DNA of 64,000 nucleotides from Epiperipatus broadwayi (Eukaryota; Animalia; Onychophora): contig JAQFVV010000003.1 of assembly GCA_028023455.1 (NCBI GenBank), positions 4,092,001-4,156,000 on the forward strand. Reading direction: 5' to 3'. Positions 1-13,054 of the stretch are shown here, piece by piece (the first letter of the stretch is position 1; each line of letters starts with the position of its first letter). The translations under genes were made by a program, and so were the position numbers. The notes under the pieces were generated by a model. It saw nothing but the letters and a program-made list of their open reading frames with translations, was not told where the DNA came from and did not search any database.

Positions 1-50
1 AAAAACAAAGAACTAGGAACAATACAAATATTGAGATTACTCAGATAATA

Positions 51-260
51 ATGCCAAATATGCCACAATTTACTCAGAATAATATTGAACAGAAGAGAAA
101 TCCAGGAAGGTCTTCAAAAAACAGAAAAAAGCTAAAATTAGGAGAAATTATGTTTGATAACATAGGAGAACAGTATCGAATGGACAGATATATTGATGTT
201 GAATCTGAAAGTGAGTTTGAAGATGCCCAAGATTTACAATTGATAGATAGCCAAAGATAA
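51..260 (+). pseudogene. Probable C-terminal part of ORF1 of LINE copy A
   Basis: Basic-then-acidic low-complexity ORF ending 59 nt upstream of ORF2. Copy B has a similar acidic stretch and short spacer upstream of its ORF2. Confidence 0.5.
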
Positions 261-319
261 GTATAATTAAAGATAAAGTAAATTCAAAAAAATTCAAAGT
301 AAAAAGTAAATCTATATAA

Positions 320-3300
320 ATGAGAATTAAAATCCCTTCTTTTAATGTACGGGGTTTGAATTCAATAGGAAAAATATTTAAGTTGAAACAATGGATCAAG
401 AAAACAAAACCTCATATAATGGGACTGCTTGAAACCAAAATTTATGCAGGGTCACAAATTTATCCAGCAAATTTCCTAAATAGTGAGGGCTTTGTTGTGT
501 GTTCAAGAGTCTACCTCTCCGTCGGTCGGGATGAGTCTTTTGATAGCTACTGCTTGCCAGTTTACCAATTTTCAAATCATATACATTGATACAAATCTAT
601 TAATAATTATTTTATTTCACAAAATAATTAAAATAAATGTAATCTTTGTTTATATGCCATTACAAAAATATAAAATAAATACAATAATTGCCACAATTAA
701 TTCAACACTGGAATCTACAGCTAATCCAACAATTTTGATCGGAGACTTCAATGTAACATATGACGAGTTTGTAAATAAGTGGATACATAAATTATCAGTT
801 CCACTGATGGGTGCAAGGCGTTTCTGAGTTGAAGATGCTGTTTCAGTTCATAAATGGTTGATTTTCAACATTAATTGATTTTTGTTTTTACTCTCCGGTG
901 TTTCATCATCTGATAAGCGTGAAGTTAATCCTGTCAGCAATTTCTGATTACTCGACTCAGTTCATATCAATTGACCTCAATAATATACAAGTCTCTAGAC
1001 TGTCATTAACTAGAACAATAAAAATGTTGATTCCAACATTAACATCCAAATTTATTTTTTCAGAGACTTATGTTATGTGGAATTCAATGACCTTTAATCC
1101 AATTCAGCAATATTTAGCTTACATTAATATCTTGTTAACATTAATTATATAGTGAAAAATCAGCCACCTCCCTCAGGGTTTTGAAACTTGCAGAACAAAT
1201 TCATAAATATCTTGTGGTGATAACTCGTACTCATCACACACAGAAACATATACATATTTTAACAAATGCTTATAACAAGGCATGTGAAATGCTAAAGAGC
1301 TATTTAAAAAATAAAAAAAGGAGAATATGTCTAATGCATCAACACACATAGACTCGGCAATACATTAGATAGGCACTGGGGAGGGCACCTGAAATCAAAA
1401 TGCCATTAGCAATTAAAAACATCAATGAACCATTTACTGGAAATAATATGATCTTACCAATTCTTAACATTTTTAAAAATAAGCTGGGGCCAGAGAAATT
1501 GACACAATACCAGCCAAAAGTATTTGGAATGGCAGAGATTGAATCACCATATTTAACAGATGATTTTATACTGAAAATGAATGAAATTCTCAACAACTGT
1601 CACACAGGAAGCCCTGGAATTCAGCTCTTCAAATTAAAACACCTTGACAAGCTAACTGGCAAATGCCTGTTCCAGCTGGCTAATTATTTATCACAGGGAA
1701 TAATAACAATGGAGGGGATTAATACGATCGTGATGGTGCTGTTTAATAAAATAAAAAAAAAGAAGCCCATCCTTTTGTTATCAGAGATAAGGACAATATC
1801 AATGGGTTCATTGCCCATAAAGATTTTAGAAAAGTAATTAAAGATAAGATAAAACCGTTTATTTTGCCGATGATTTCTCTAGCTCAATTTGCAAAAAAAC
1901 ATTCTATTTTGACATCGGTTAGAGAAAAGAAAAGATATGGCCTGATTGTTGTACAGCTGGATATTGCTTCAGCTTTTGACAATGTTAATATATCTGTACT
2001 GTTGATATTATTGAATGACACTCAAATGCCAAAATCACATATATATGTTATAACAAATTTACTCTTAAATTGTGAGCTTCATATCACTCTAAATGGCAGA
2101 AATTCACCAGCTTTCACACTTACTAAATCACTTTCACAGGGGTCTCCACTTAGTGCCATCTTATTCATTTTATATATAAATCCTCTTCTTGATTGGCTAC
2201 AATAGGCATTTGAGTGAATGGAGATCCCGGGTATGGGTCAAAAATTGATCTGCATTGCATACATGGATGATATTACAGTTTTCCTGACATTAAACAGATA
2301 CCAAAACTACAGATGATTTTAGAATACTCAAAGAAATTTAAACTAGGTTTCAATCCAGAAAAAACAGCAGCATGGACCCTTTTCATGGGAAGGCCATGTA
2401 CATCCATCTGTCAGGCAAAGACAGGGTCATTCCTTGGGTTTCCATTTTATCTGGAAACTACTGGCATGAGATGACATTTGGAGAATAAATTGAAAAATGA
2501 AATCCAGCAAATAGCAGACTCTCTAACCAATACCTATAAGTTGGTATATTCTAAGATTCAATTAATTAACAGTTTGATGACGATTAAGATAGTTTACTTT
2601 ATGCTGGTGATTGCTTTCTCAAAGGTTTTTATCTCTAAAATTTAGACCATTTGCAATCAGCTACTATGGTCAAGAAAGTCATGGCGATATCAATGGCAAA
2701 ACTATGACAACCACTGAATAAAAATGGTTTGGGGTTAGATGATATCAGTATTTTTGACAAACCAAGAATGAGAAACAACATAATTGATATTGTTAAACAA
2801 TTTCCTAAAATTAAGCAGCTCATAGAGGCTGTTCTAACTGATAAATTACCACCAAAAAATTTATCACATTTTGAACAATTAATATATCATTGTAAAACAG
2901 AATCAAAAATCCCAGAGCAATTTATTAATAAATACAAATACTGGGAAAATAATGAACTAATAAATGAAGATAATAACACAATTGCTTTGGAACCAATACT
3001 GGGAATTAATAATAAACAACTGGTGAAAAGGGTATAAACGATGGGCCTTAGGACCAAAGTTTTTCATTTTTCTGATAAAACTTAACTTATCTGCATTACC
3101 TACCACATATTTTCTTTGCCATAGAAGATTGTATACATCACTTGATTCCTTTTGTGGGTTATGCCATCAAGCTGAAGAAATCCTATCACATCTGATATAT
3201 CATTATGAGGAATTTAGGCCGATCAGAAATCTGATAACTAGCAATTACAAGAAGTCTAATGTAACAATGCACCAATTAATTTCTGATTTAGAGAGGGATT

Positions 3301-3495
3301 AACACCAAATGTCAGAGCAGAAACCCTTGTGCTCTATGCATACTGATGTACTAGATAACCTTCCTAATTGGTAGCAATTCCAGGAGACATTTGACTACTT
3401 TTTCAGATAAACTTGCAATGATACAGAAAAGGGATAAGATACTGGCCAGACCTGACATTTATGTGGCCATCTGGTTATTACTTATGATTAAATCA
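320..3495 (+). pseudogene. Disrupted ORF2 (APE endonuclease + reverse transcriptase + zinc-knuckle-like C-terminus) of LINE copy A
   Basis: ORF fragments 320-589, 483-827, 1400-1837, 1864-2205 and 2729-3037 carry consecutive EN and RT motifs in different frames. The end coordinate is approximate. Confidence 0.85.
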
Positions 3496-4050
3496 ATGTT
3501 ATAGTGGCAAAAATGATAAAACTCTTAGGAACTGGTATAGTGTGGTTTTTTTTTTTGAAAACCTGAAATCATGAAACCTCAGTGAATTCTGGGAACAGGA
3601 CACATTTAAAAGGAACATAGGACCAAAACTTGGGAGTTAGATCTAATAAGATCTTTGTAACACCAATTTGAACATTGTAATTTGGAAAAATAAAATATTA
3701 TAAAGAAACTTAGAAGTATAAGCATGTCAAATTAGCAACAAGGACAATTTAGTAACAATTTCCCCTTTCTGCTATAAGTGATTGATTTGCTAATGGGGTT
3801 CAAATGATAAATTATATCACGAACCATTTGAGACATAAAATAAAATGAATATTGTGTTATACCATTTGGACTGTTGATCTAGGCGGAATGGACAATCTGG
3901 AATATTATATGTAGACACGAACTATGATTTAAGCTCCTGTAAATCTATAAAGAACTCTAACAAAAATGACAATGTAAATATTAAAATTTGTTATCAAACT
4001 TGTAGCAGTGAATTTGCTATGTAACCACTAACATTGTATTCTTTTGAGAC

Positions 4051-4503
<453 letters not shown>

Positions 4504-4636
4504 TCAGCAGCAAATGGTTCACCTGTTCAGAGTCAAGATAACAAGCTTCAGAGTTTTACATTTAGAAAGTACTAAAAACCTAAAGCTGAAAAGGTGAAAA
4601 AACTTTTCTGTACACTCTTTGTTCAATTCAGAATTA

Positions 4637-4765
4637 ATTCACATCTTTTTTCAATATTCTGTGATAATTTTCATTCAAAATTTTAACAAAAATCAAATTA
4701 TTCGCATCTTTTTTCAATGTTCTGTGATAATTTTCATTCAAAATTTTAACAAAAATCAAATTATT
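4637..4765. repeat. 63-bp tandem duplication
   Basis: ATTCACATCTTTTTTCAATATTCTGTGATAATTTTC... at 4637 recurs at 4700 with 2 visible mismatches. Confidence 0.9.
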
Positions 4766-4914
4766 AAATGGTAATTTTAAATACAATAAGGCAACAAATA
4801 TATCATATGACCAGATGTCTTCATAGTAGTTCTACAGAAAGCAGTTAACTTGTTCACAGTCAAAATTACAAGCTCCAATGTTTTACTTCAAAAGTACTAA
4901 AAATCTAAATCTGA

Positions 4915-5878
4915 CAAGATGCAATTCATCCTGAATAGTATTTTTCTATTTTACCAAGATTCATTTCTGGCTGATTACTATTTTTCCATTTTTCCAATAT
5001 GGAATTCAGGATAAACTAGTATTTTTACATTTTCACAAAATGCATTCATACTAACTTATATTTTTCCATTTTTATAAGATGCAATTCCTGCTGAACTAAT
5101 ATTTATCCATTTCCCCAAGAATTAATTCTGGATGACTACTATTTTCCTAAGATGCAATTCATTTTGAATAGTATTTTTTTTATTTTACCAAGATGTTATT
5201 CATGTTAACTATTATTTTTTCATTTCACAAATTCCATTTTACCTAGATGAAATTCATGCTGAACTAGTATTTTTCCCATTTTTCCAAGATCCAGTTTCTT
5301 CTTCTTAGTATTTTTCTCAAGATGCAATTCATGCTAACTAGTATTTTTCCATTTTCTCAAGATGCAATTCATTTTAAATTCATATTTTTTTTCATTTTCA
5401 CAAGATGCAATTCATGCTGAAGTGGTATTTTTCCAAGATACAATTCATAACTAATGTCTTTTCATTTTTTTAAGATGCAATTCATACTAACATTTTTCGA
5501 AGATGCATTTTATGCTAACTAGTATTTTTCCTAGATTCAATTTAGGCTGATTACTATTTTTCCATTTTCCCAAGATGCAATTCATGCTGAATAGTATTTT
5601 TCCATATTTCCAAGATGCAATTCATACTAACTAGTATTCTTCCATTTTTTCAAGATTCAGTACTGGCTGATTACTATTTTTCCAATATGGAATTCATGCT
5701 GAACTAGTATTTTTCCAGTTTCACAAGATGCAATTCATGCTAACTTGTATTTTTCCCATTTTTCAAAGATGCAATTCATGCTAATTAGTGTTTTTCCATT
5801 CTCCCAAGTTGCAATTCATGCTAAATAAGTATTTTTCCATTTTCCAATTCATACTGACTAGTATTTTTCCAATTTCTT
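4915..5878. repeat. Degenerate ~40-43 bp minisatellite array, about 20-23 units
   Basis: Recurrent unit resembling CAAGATGCAATTCATGCTGAACTAGTATTTTTCCATTTTC. Confidence 0.85.
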
Positions 5879-6258
5879 TTCACATGGAAGTTATGTAACA
5901 AATGAACAATAAGATTTAGCTATGAGAACTATAGTACTCTCAACAGCAGATGAGCTCAATTTTCATGGAATCATATGTCAATCTAATACCAACTTCAACC
6001 CCTCCATATTTTTTCATTCATACTATCATGTGTTTCTATGTATTTTTCTCAATATCACATTAAAAAAAAATACTATGTAAATCTAATTTGATATGTATCT
6101 TGTTATGTAATATATATATTTTCCTTTCAATTACTGTAAATTATGTTTTCTTTCCTATCAAGATTGTATACTTTTATTACATATGTAGTATCATGAATCA
6201 ATTTGTATTTAAGACCTCATGTTTTGAAATGTAATTTACGTAACACTTTTTGAGTCTC

Positions 6259-6316
6259 AATAAAGTTTATCCTTTGAAACAAAGACAACAACAACAACAA
6301 CAACAATAATAATAAT
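6259..6316 (+). repeat. Conserved retroelement 3' terminus with triplet tail
   Basis: AATAAAGTTTATCCTTTGAAAC followed by (CAA)n(AAT)n. The same 22-mer occurs at 8085 and a variant at 9041. Confidence 0.7.
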
Positions 6317-7587
6317 GCTATTTTAATATACATTATTTGTATGTGTGTGCACGTATATATCAAGATCAAAGTCTAGAAAATAAAATTTTTTAATCTAAGA
6401 TAAATGTAAATATTGTAACAAAGATAGTTGTAAAACATTTTAAAATGATCATTAGATGTGCAGTGTTTAATGATTGTGTGGAGATTTGAGAGAAATATCT
6501 CTGGATCTCGTTTTTCTATCTGAGAAGGAATTTTCAAATGAAACATTATTTGTGTTTGTAATATTATTTCTTACTTCCTCCATCGGGCTAACTTCCGACG
6601 AGTACATGACAAAATCAGAAGCTTTGTGACTTTACGAGGTATTAGCTTTTTTTTCTAAAGATTGGAGATGGGGAATCACTATCACTACTTTCATATTCTA
6701 TAATTTTGAGTTTCTTTGGATTGTTATTGTACTACTGCTCGCTAAATGGTACGACATTGTCAAACCGAGATCATGGGCATTATTGAAATAAAGATCTACA
6801 GTGGCTCCCTTTCACAAAATGGACTTCTCCATTCACAACACACCTTTAGGATACAAAAAACATTGAATATAATATCCACATGTGCACAAAATTCCCATAT
6901 TTAGAAGTTTCTGCCAAGATTAATCCCATGGACAAGCCTCTTCCTCTTCAGAGATATCTGAACACATTACTTACACCAATATTATTAATCCACAATTTCT
7001 ACTTCAAACCACCAAAAGCCAAAAATAAATAGTGACAAGTTCATCAATTTCTACATCCAAGTCATGATGATGCACAAACTTCACTTTATATCACTAATAA
7101 ACAATTGTAAACAGTGGTCACTTGAACAAAAATATTTTGACTGTCTTCTAAAGATAAATCTTTGACTCACTACCCAAACAACCTTTTTTTGAAAAATAAA
7201 CTCCATCATAAGTGAAAGAGACATGAGGATCACAAATCACATTAAGTACATTAACACTTGGAATATTCTACAACTAATATAAAAGTACTGACAAAAAAAA
7301 AATAAAACCATACCTAACATGCATCCTTGTGCCAGCATTGAAGTCAACTTACACAAATAGAACACATTATTGTTTTAGTTTAGTTGGAGTATATCTAATT
7401 GTATACAATCTTATTATTGAATGAGCACCCTCCCCCTCGATTTGTATTTTGATTTTTTTTCATATATAACATTTCTTGGCCTATTTTTTAAATATTTTTT
7501 GTTTGTTAACATATACAATATATTGATGAAATCATTTTACATATGCAGTTTCATGAACCAATTGATATGTAAGAACTATGTTGTCAA

Positions 7588-8041
7588 CAAAGCAAAGCAA
7601 AACTCCATCCTGTGCTAAACAGAGTAATCAATGGATGCCAGAAGGCTTGTGCATAAAATCCCTATCTAATGCCTACTCATCCAATATCCCCAGACTAGTT
7701 TCTGGCTTGTGGCCTTCGTCAGTGAGGAGCTTTGGATCTGAGAGCACTGCATCTAGATCTTAGGATCTTATGCAACCCTCTAGCAACCACCTTTTATCTC
7801 TACTTAACTACAAAACTATGAGCATGAAATTGGAGAACACAAAAAATATTTTCAATCTAAGCTAGTCTGGGGATATTGGATGAGTAGGCATTAGATAGGG
7901 ATTTTATGCACAAGCCTTCTGGAATCCATTGATTACTCTGTTTAGCACAGGTGGCACTACTATATGGAGTTTTGCTTTGCTTTGTTTATAAACAATTATG
8001 TGCTAGTATTGGAGATGTGATCATGTGATGCTTGCTGGTTT
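7588..8041. mobile_element. Non-autonomous Penelope-like fold-back element (family U3) with 14-bp TSD
   Basis: Inverted arms ~7588-7699 and ~7862-7984; a 57-nt tail on the right arm only; TSD AACTATGTTGTCAA at 7574-7587 and 8042-8055. Contains an HHR. Related copies at 30243-30400 and 39903-40085. Confidence 0.8.
7687..7728 (-). ncRNA. Minimal type I hammerhead ribozyme motif (PLE type)
   Basis: Minus strand reads UCCUCA-CUGACGA-A-GGC CACAA GCC-A-GAAA-CUAG-UC-UGGGGA. Stem I has 6 bp (one GU), the core is intact, and stem III is the palindrome ACUAGU with a GUC site. An extra A on each side of stem II is non-canonical. Confidence 0.75.
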
Positions 8042-8084
8042 AACTATGTTGTCAAATGAAACTTGTGTAACCTTTTTGAATGCT

Positions 8085-8146
8085 AATAAAGTTTATCCTT
8101 TGAAACATCATCATCATCATCATCATCATCATAATAATAATCATAA

Positions 8147-8207
<61 letters not shown>

Positions 8208-8208
8208 T
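8085..8208. repeat. Retroelement 3' terminus with (CAT)n(AAT)n tail abutting an inverted (ATT)n tract
   Basis: AATAAAGTTTATCCTTTGAAAC at 8085-8106, then CAT/AAT triplets, then (TAT/ATT)n to ~8208. Confidence 0.75.
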
Positions 8209-8589
8209 ACGTGTTCTGGACTGCTGTATCTACAGATGCAAACCAGGTTTAGTTTATAAGGTTAGGTTGCGGTGAAGGACTAGCAATTTCCATGGTAGTG
8301 TGGCAATTATCTGTGTGGTCTACAATAGTATGAGATCAATATCTTATTTTTTATTTTTTAAGATGCTGGATCTTCTTTGAGTGACCAGATTTTCCTCTTG
8401 GTTTCATTAGTAATGTGGGTTGGGGAGAGTGTTGGTGTCAATAGAAGACATGGCGGGATTGCTTTTATAATTGGTACAACCCTAGCATACCTGCTTTCTG
8501 GTGCATTTGAATAGATGAGTATTCCAGAGGGGGGGGCAATAGCTTTGTTAAAATTGGTTACAATTATTAGGTTGAAGTTACTTTTATAT

Positions 8590-9040
8590 ATATAAACCTA
8601 CAAGTACAGATTGCCCATGTAACAATGGCAATCTAAGCTATGTAAAACCCTTGTAACTAATCCACAGCATATAAAAATTCATGTAATCTTATGTAAATAA
8701 ATAAATCAACTTGTACATATATAAACCTACAATTACAGTTTGCCCATGTAAACACAGTAGTACTCCATGCCATGTAAAACATTTGTAACTAATCCATAGT
8801 ATAAAAAATCTTGTAATCTCATGTAATTCAATAAATCAACTTTTACATATGTAAACTTACATCTATAAATTGCCCATATAACCACAGAAATCCAAACTAT
8901 ATAAAACCCTCATAACTAATGCATAGTATGTAAACATTCCTGCAAAACAATAAATCAATTTTTATACATGTAAACCTACAAATACAGATTGCTCATGTAA
9001 ATACAGCAATCTAAGTTATGTAAAACACTTGTAACTCTAA
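8590..9040. repeat. Degenerate ~120-129 bp tandem repeat (about 3.6 units) ending in a LINE-type terminus (9041-9115)
   Basis: Unit starts (T/G)TAAAC(C/T)TACA...TTGC(C/T)CAT(G/A)TAA near 8590, 8719, 8847 and 8967. Followed by AACAAAGTTTATCATTGAAAC and an ACT/GCT tail. Confidence 0.75.
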
Positions 9041-10284
9041 AACAAAGTTTATCATTGAAACTTACTATTACTACTACTGCTGCTACTGTTGCTGCTGCTG
9101 ATAATAATTATTATTATCAGAATCATCCTCTGATTGACTTCTTTGATTAAATAAATAAAATTTCTTTAGAATAACTTAAGCTTTCTTGTTTTTTTTTTCA
9201 AGCTACTCAAGGGCATATTCGTTATTGCAATAAAGACTATCTATTTCGTTTTCTTTTTCACTACCTACTTTTACAAGTATTATATCCTTTTAAAATAAAT
9301 TAAAACATTTTTTGATATGACCAAATAGGACATTTTGTCTTGGTTACTTATGCTTCTAATAAAAGTTCTGATTTAATCACATCAAGAATCGATTTGAGGT
9401 TTTTTTTTTTTGTTATTCTTAAAACTCAATGCCAGTTCAATAGTTGAAAAACTTCAATATTCTTTTTGTTGCTTTTCTTTAGTATTTAACTTTCACATGC
9501 AAAGATTAATTCAGATTTTTACTTTTAAAGACTTGATCTTCAAAAAAATCCTTTTCAGAGTTTTCAATGCAACTCTGCCTAGCATTCGTGATTTATTCCG
9601 TACATTAGATGAGCAATCTTAAAGTATTAAATTGGGATAAGATACAGATGAGACATAATGTTTTCTTAAATTATTTTATTTAATTAGTAGAAAGAAAAAT
9701 ACTTAAATAAAATGTAAAAAAAAGGGGAGTTGGAACATTTTTAGTGAAAAAAATACTTTATTTCCCTTTTCTTTAAGCAAAAATTGTACACTACTTTAAT
9801 TAAACAGATTTTTTTATTGATTCTTATATTCTCTTAATTCTTCAATGTATAAATAAGTATGTTAACAGAAATATTTATTTAAAAAAAAAAGATAAGATTG
9901 GAAGTAATATAACATTAATAACAACAAAATGATTTTGCTATCTTTTTTTAAAAAACAGAAACTGAAAATAAACTAGGGGATTCCTTGAATATTTGTAAAA
10001 AAAAAAAAAAAATTATTTTATTGTTCTATTTTCTGAAATTTTTTATTGATAAGTACGTAGAAGTACGTAATGAATTCAAGTTTAAGGAAAATAATTTTTT
10101 ATATCTAAGTATTTTTAATTAAAAATATATTTGCTATGTTTTAAAGGATTGAATTGAAATAAGTAATTGTTATTTGGATGATTACAAATTGATTTTTTAA
10201 TTAACTTAATGATAAATAGAATAAAATCAAAATTTAATAATTGTGAATGGGCTCACATAATATAACATTGTTTAATATCATTTT

Positions 10285-13044
10285 CAATCATTAAAGATCT
10301 AGTATAGAATAACCTCTCCAAATTTAATCCAGTTATTTTGATCCATAATTTCTCTTTTCCACATCTCATTAGTAAACTTTCTCATTACATATGAACTCTT
10401 TCTAGGCTTTTTACAATCTCTTGGGATCCAATTTGTGGTATCTATCTATTGTCTTCCCTTCAAGCAATATGTTTAATCCAATTTCTTAATTTTTTCAATA
10501 ATTTGTTCTTTTTAATCATATATTTCATTTTTGATCTTTTCTTGTTATACCCAGTTCACTTTGTTATGTAATTCTTCATTGTATTGCTCTTCCATGAAGC
10601 ACCTAAATCAGATACATATATAAGAACTGGTGAAATGCATTTATTAAAAATCTTTCTTTCAAACATATAGGTTTATATTTTTAAATATTAAATTACTTCT
10701 ATCAAAAATATTTGATCCAAGGTTCATTCTATAATCATTTTCATCCATTATGTTTTCATTTATATTAAAAATCTGTTTAAGGTAGTTGTAGTTTGTTTTT
10801 TTAAATACATGATTATCAATTTTTATGTTCATCTAAAAAAAGTACATTGAACATTACTTTAGTTTTTTAACATTTTTCTTTAGTCCTGCTTTGTTACTTT
10901 AATCCAATAACTTTTGCAACAATTCCTGAAACTTAAAAGCATTACTTACAAAACAAATAAACTGTAATATTTAAACAGCATTAAACTGTTGCACATGCAC
11001 TTTGCAGATTTTAACTATAAATGACTGAATACTAACACTTCAAACACATGACAAAGTCTTTGGAAAAGATAGAGTGGCCCTCTATCTTTTCCAAAGACTT
11101 TATCATGTGTTTGAAGTGTTAGTATTCAGTCATTTATAGTTAAAATTTGCAAAGCACATGTGCAACAGCTTAATGCTGTTTAAATATTACAGTTTATAAA
11201 CATCGTGCTATATAAAATAATTGATTTAAAACAAACAAATATAAAAAAACACACACATTATTTGCCAAATATGAATAACTTAAATAAGATCCATGCATTT
11301 TTATTTCATTAGCTATCCATTTTAAGTTGCACCATTATAAAATATTTTGAAAATGTGAAATCACTATGTTTTAGCCTCTTATCAATGTTAATTTTAGTGT
11401 CATCCCATGAACCAGTCATTGCTATTGCATTCTGATAAATATTTTTAAGAATACACCAATATCTTATATCTTTAAGGGTTAATGTTTTAATCATTATAGA
11501 AATTCTTTTTTGTGATCTATATATCCAAAGCATAATAACAACTCATATTTATTGGTCCTTTGTATAATTTCTTTCAATATTGAATGTGATCCATTATGCT
11601 GAAATCTCTTTAAAATCTAGTTTGTTGGTTTTGATTGTTTAAAATCCAAAGTTTTCTATATACAAGTTGTAATTATCTTGGTAAATATTTTGTATAGAAT
11701 TGATAAAAAATCTGATATATCTATAATTTCTTATATCCTCTTTATTATCTTTTAAAATATCAATACTCATATTGCATTCTTTCAACCATCTGATATATCT
11801 TTATCATTTAGATATTTGGTATGCAATATTTGCCAACAATTTTCTTATTTCTTCATCTGCTTTTTTAAAATATTAATAATTCTATACTTTCTTGAAGCTT
11901 TTGATTTCTTCAGAGATTTAATTCTTTATTTAAAGTGCTGGACAATTCAAAAATGTAGTAATTATAAGAGATATTTTGTTTTCTTATTCTTTTTTACTAC
12001 ATAATTCTTTATAGAACTCTTCTGTACATTTCATTTTTTTCTCCTTACTGTTGAAACAATTTTCCTTCCAATACCAAGATGTTATTTTACACTTTTGAAA
12101 CTTTTACTCTTCTATAGCTTTCCTTGCCAAATCACAACTATATTTTCTTATATCGTTATTAATTCTTTTTCATACTATTTTAAAAAAAACTCTAAATATC
12201 GAATTTCTTAATAGTTTAAATTTTTTTTTATATTCCTACTTCTTCATACATTGCTATCTCAGTAGAAAATTTATTGATAAATATCTTTATTGTAGTTTTT
12301 AATGAAATATCTTACTGATTACAGTGAAAGTCTGAACTATCTTCCAATTCTGTTAATATTTTAAAACATTTTTCAAAATTCTAATTTAAATTCATTGGAG
12401 TGTTTCTAAAGTTCAGAAAATGCAATTCTCAATACTGCCTTTCTTAATAATTATTGTGCCTCCAGTTTTGCACTAACACATATTTTACATCTCACTAGTT
12501 GATGATCACTTCCTATGTTGAACCCAATAAGAACATAGCAAGATTAATAATATTTTTTATTAATTAAAATATTACCCAATTCTGCTGTATTGTCATTTGG
12601 ATGTTTCCATGTTTCTTTCCATTTAGCTTTTAAAAAAAAAAAAAAAATTCAAAATATATAGTTGTCATTTTTTTTTAACATTTCACAAGTCTGTGTCTTC
12701 TCTTGTTTTTATAACCACAAGAAAATTTATCTACAATACTTTCATCTTTCAATTGTTTACCAATTCTAACTTTAAAATATTTCATGACAATTTTAATGTT
12801 GTTTGATCTGATCAAAAGCATTTTGTACACTCATATAAAATTCTCTCTTTCTGCATCGCAATGAGAACTCGATAAGGCAAAAACTTGAATTATCTGCATT
12901 TGGTGTCTCCCATTAATTTGACTAATTATTTCCGTAATGTTGTTTTTTCACTTTTTATTTGTAATGAATCCCACTACAGTTGTACTTTCTATATTTGTGC
13001 ACTTGTAATAAAATACATACATATTTTTTAAATTAACTAAAATC
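10285..13044 (-). mobile_element. Decayed RTE-clade LINE (3' part of EN, RT, C-terminus), copy 1
   Basis: Minus-strand remnants: VGFITNKK*KNNITE, KETWKHPN, NIGSDHQLVR, LKNIYQNAIA (ORF 11309-11533), KIFNKCISPVLIY, HIA*REDNR and WIKFGE. Their order matches RTE ORF motifs. Heavily mutated. Confidence 0.7.
10957..11230. mobile_element. Near-perfect 118-bp-arm hairpin element with one-sided tail (family U), inserted in RTE copy 1
   Basis: Arms 10957-11074 and 11080-11197 with loop TGGCC; tail AAACATCGTGCTATATAAAATAATTGATTT. Homologous to the array at 52583-53418. Confidence 0.85.
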
Positions 13045-13054
13045 TTTGTCTTTT

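Larger units (their letters stand above)
1..3495 (+). mobile_element. L1/Tx1-like non-LTR retrotransposon, degenerate copy A; 5' part runs off the window edge
   Basis: ORF1-like acidic tail ends at 260, followed by a 59-nt spacer and the ORF2 ATG at 320. APE motifs SFNVRGLNS, LLETK, IGDFN; RT motifs QLDIASAFD, QGSPLSAILF and AYMDD (~2255-2270); C-terminal C-x2-C..E..H remnant (~3150-3200). The C-terminus IQKRDKILARPDIYVAIW resembles IRKKDKLLAPKEIYLSTW of copy B. Many frameshifts and stops. Confidence 0.9.

Noticed and set aside
4915-5878. CRISPR-like periodic repeats
   Set aside because: Degenerate tandem units without unique spacers, in eukaryotic context with no cas genes.
6550-7330. Relatively GC-richer segment that might be coding
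   Set aside because: No open frame or recognisable motif on either strand.
7578-7763. Similar short ORFs here and at 39931-40158
   Set aside because: The similarity comes from the U3 repeat (antisense to the HHR); there is no protein motif.
8025-8252. ORF with poly-H/N/I
   Set aside because: Microsatellite translation.
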